Assembly: GCA_043228905.1 (NCBI GenBank)
Contig: JBHGNT010000010.1
Span: 15,004,001 to 15,068,000 of the forward strand
DNA from: Azolla caroliniana
Taxonomy: Eukaryota > Plantae > Polypodiophyta
Length of the DNA: 64,000 nt
Direction: 5' to 3'
Part shown: positions 62,256 to 64,000 of the stretch, one piece after another
How the letters are laid out: the number at the start of each line of letters is the position of its first letter
Position numbering within the stretch: position 1 is the stretch's first letter
Translations under genes and position numbers: made by a program
The notes under the pieces: generated by a model
The model's input: the letters and a program-made list of their open reading frames with translations, nothing else
Databases searched by the model: none
Told to the model about the DNA's origin: nothing

Positions 62256-64000
62256 GAAGAGCATGTGAATGTTTTTTGCTGTATATTTTCAACCCAGCCT
62301 TCCTCAGTTGTGAATCGGGAACCCTCTGAGTGAGACAACCATAATCTATCTAAAGCTCGTGTGATGTATTTTTTAAATTTATTAAGAGAGTAACTTCTGA
62401 AGTCTGCAGAGTTAATTATGGCAGATTTGATATAATAATTTTGGCATTTAAGATCAATATGGATGTAATATATCGCTATTGTAACATGTAAAAAGTTGTT
62501 GGACAAAAATCCAAAATTTTGAAGAATATGGACCGATTTTTGACCTGTATCAATATTACTTACCTGTTTGAACTGAATGGTTTTATGTCCTGACACCGTC
62601 TTAGTTTTTCTTGTGGTATTAGATGTTTTACACCTACCTATTGTCTTCTTTATATTAGTGTTTTTTATGTACAATTGGACTGGAGAGAGGGCACAGAGGT
62701 AAGTAGGTCACATGATTGTAAACTTGAAAAGGTGAGAAGCCAAATGAAATAGAGAAGACTGAATGGCTGCAATAGATTGGGGACAATAAAAGGATCAGAA
62801 TCATCAGATGTCCTTTGTGCCTGTCTATTTTTCTCTTATTTGTAGTGGGGCATGCTGACGTTTTCTGTGGTATTGGTCTTCTGCAATGTATGGAAACAAA
62901 ACCTTGATTGAGTTTTAATAAGTTTGATAGTATATTCTTGAAGAATTTGGTGAACCGTTCTCCAATTAGCTCCTGGAATCATATCATTTACAGAACCAAA
63001 TTCAGGGAAGAAACCATTTCCTGTATATTTAGTGTTTCATCTATACAAAGGAAAATGCCTCCTTTGTCTATCATGGCACACCATGCAATGGTCATAAGTA
63101 TATCGTGCCTTCTGTGTAAATGTATCCACATGATGTGAACCACATGTAGAGGTTATTCAAAGTAATAAATGATGCTGAGTAGTTGCCAGTTGGATGCAAT
63201 GATTTTATAGAAACGTTTCATCATAAGTATGTAAAAGAATGGCTCCTCATAATGTGAACCATGAATATGAGATTATTCAAAGTAATGGATAATGCCTACA
63301 CGTACTAAAAGTATACTGTGCCCTTTGTGTACTTGGTTTTGATGATTTTGTACGAAAGTATGTTGTATATTTTGCATATTTGGTTTTGATGATTTTATAC
63401 AAACCACCGTCATAAATGGGTGAAAGATTGGTCCACTGTTCACAATTCCAAAGCCCCATAAGGTATCTCATCTTGATTGTTACGATTGTGCTGTAGGAGT
63501 TGCAATTCAAACTTCCAATGCTTCTCAATGACTTGCATGTATCAAGTTTGTGGAGAAAGGTCACGATTTTTCACTCATCTAATTACTAGAGGAATTCACA
63601 ACACTTCTCAATGATTTTTCTAAATGCACATATCTAGTTGGCATATCTAGTTGATGGACAAAGGTCATGATTTTTATCCCATCAAATCAGTTGAGTACTT
63701 CATCTCCGAAACAATCCCAATGGCAAATTCCTAGCCTCTTGTCTAGTCTATACAAATTTAGGTGGGAGAATATTATGTAAATTGAATTTCTAGACCAGAG
63801 GCTTTCAGTGCAATGCAGTTCCTATGTGTAATGTTTAAAGATTTAAAGGCCATATATAGATATCTGAGACTCATACACAAACTACTATTCTTCTTAGTTA
63901 ACTTTTATCAAACCAATGATGGTATTTTTAAAGGGATTTTACAAAACTCAGTGAGAGGTACGCATGCATATACGGTTAACCATGACAGCAGTTGTCAAAC

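Noticed and set aside
62256-64000. Another gene downstream of BRE
   Set aside because: AT-rich with no recognisable exons or motifs; treated as 3' UTR or intergenic sequence

Overview
Eukaryotic nuclear DNA, most likely from a non-seed land plant (bryophyte, lycophyte or fern); this is inferred from the element types, not proven. Bases 1-48.4 kb are a deeply nested retrotransposon cluster. It holds several Ty1/copia elements (tRNA-iMet PBS), seven insertions of one Ty3/gypsy lineage primed by tRNA-Trp, a chromovirus 3' end, a LINE 3' end and a gypsy-like 3' end with an accessory ORF. Bases 48.7-56.5 kb are a Mutator-like element (MULE) with long TIRs and a 9-bp TSD; it encodes a decayed SWIM-type transposase and a Ulp1 protease. 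It lies about 230 bp upstream of an intact 13-exon host gene, BRE/BRCC45 (BABAM2; 56694-62255). Main observations: (1) six tRNA-like A-box/B-box modules sit inside four different LTRs from two gypsy lineages, mostly divergent and about 180-200 bp upstream of the LTR TATA, next to RY and GCCANNTGGC motifs. (2) The Trp-primed gypsy lineage makes 4-bp TSDs, always centred on CpG (ACGN). (3) That lineage has a predicted -1 frameshift pseudoknot after the protease and a hairpin before the PPT, both with covarying stems. (4) The MULE has a VANDAL-like layout and inserted at the end of an older relative inside a (GTAT)n microsatellite. All coordinates were read by eye and may be off by a few bases.
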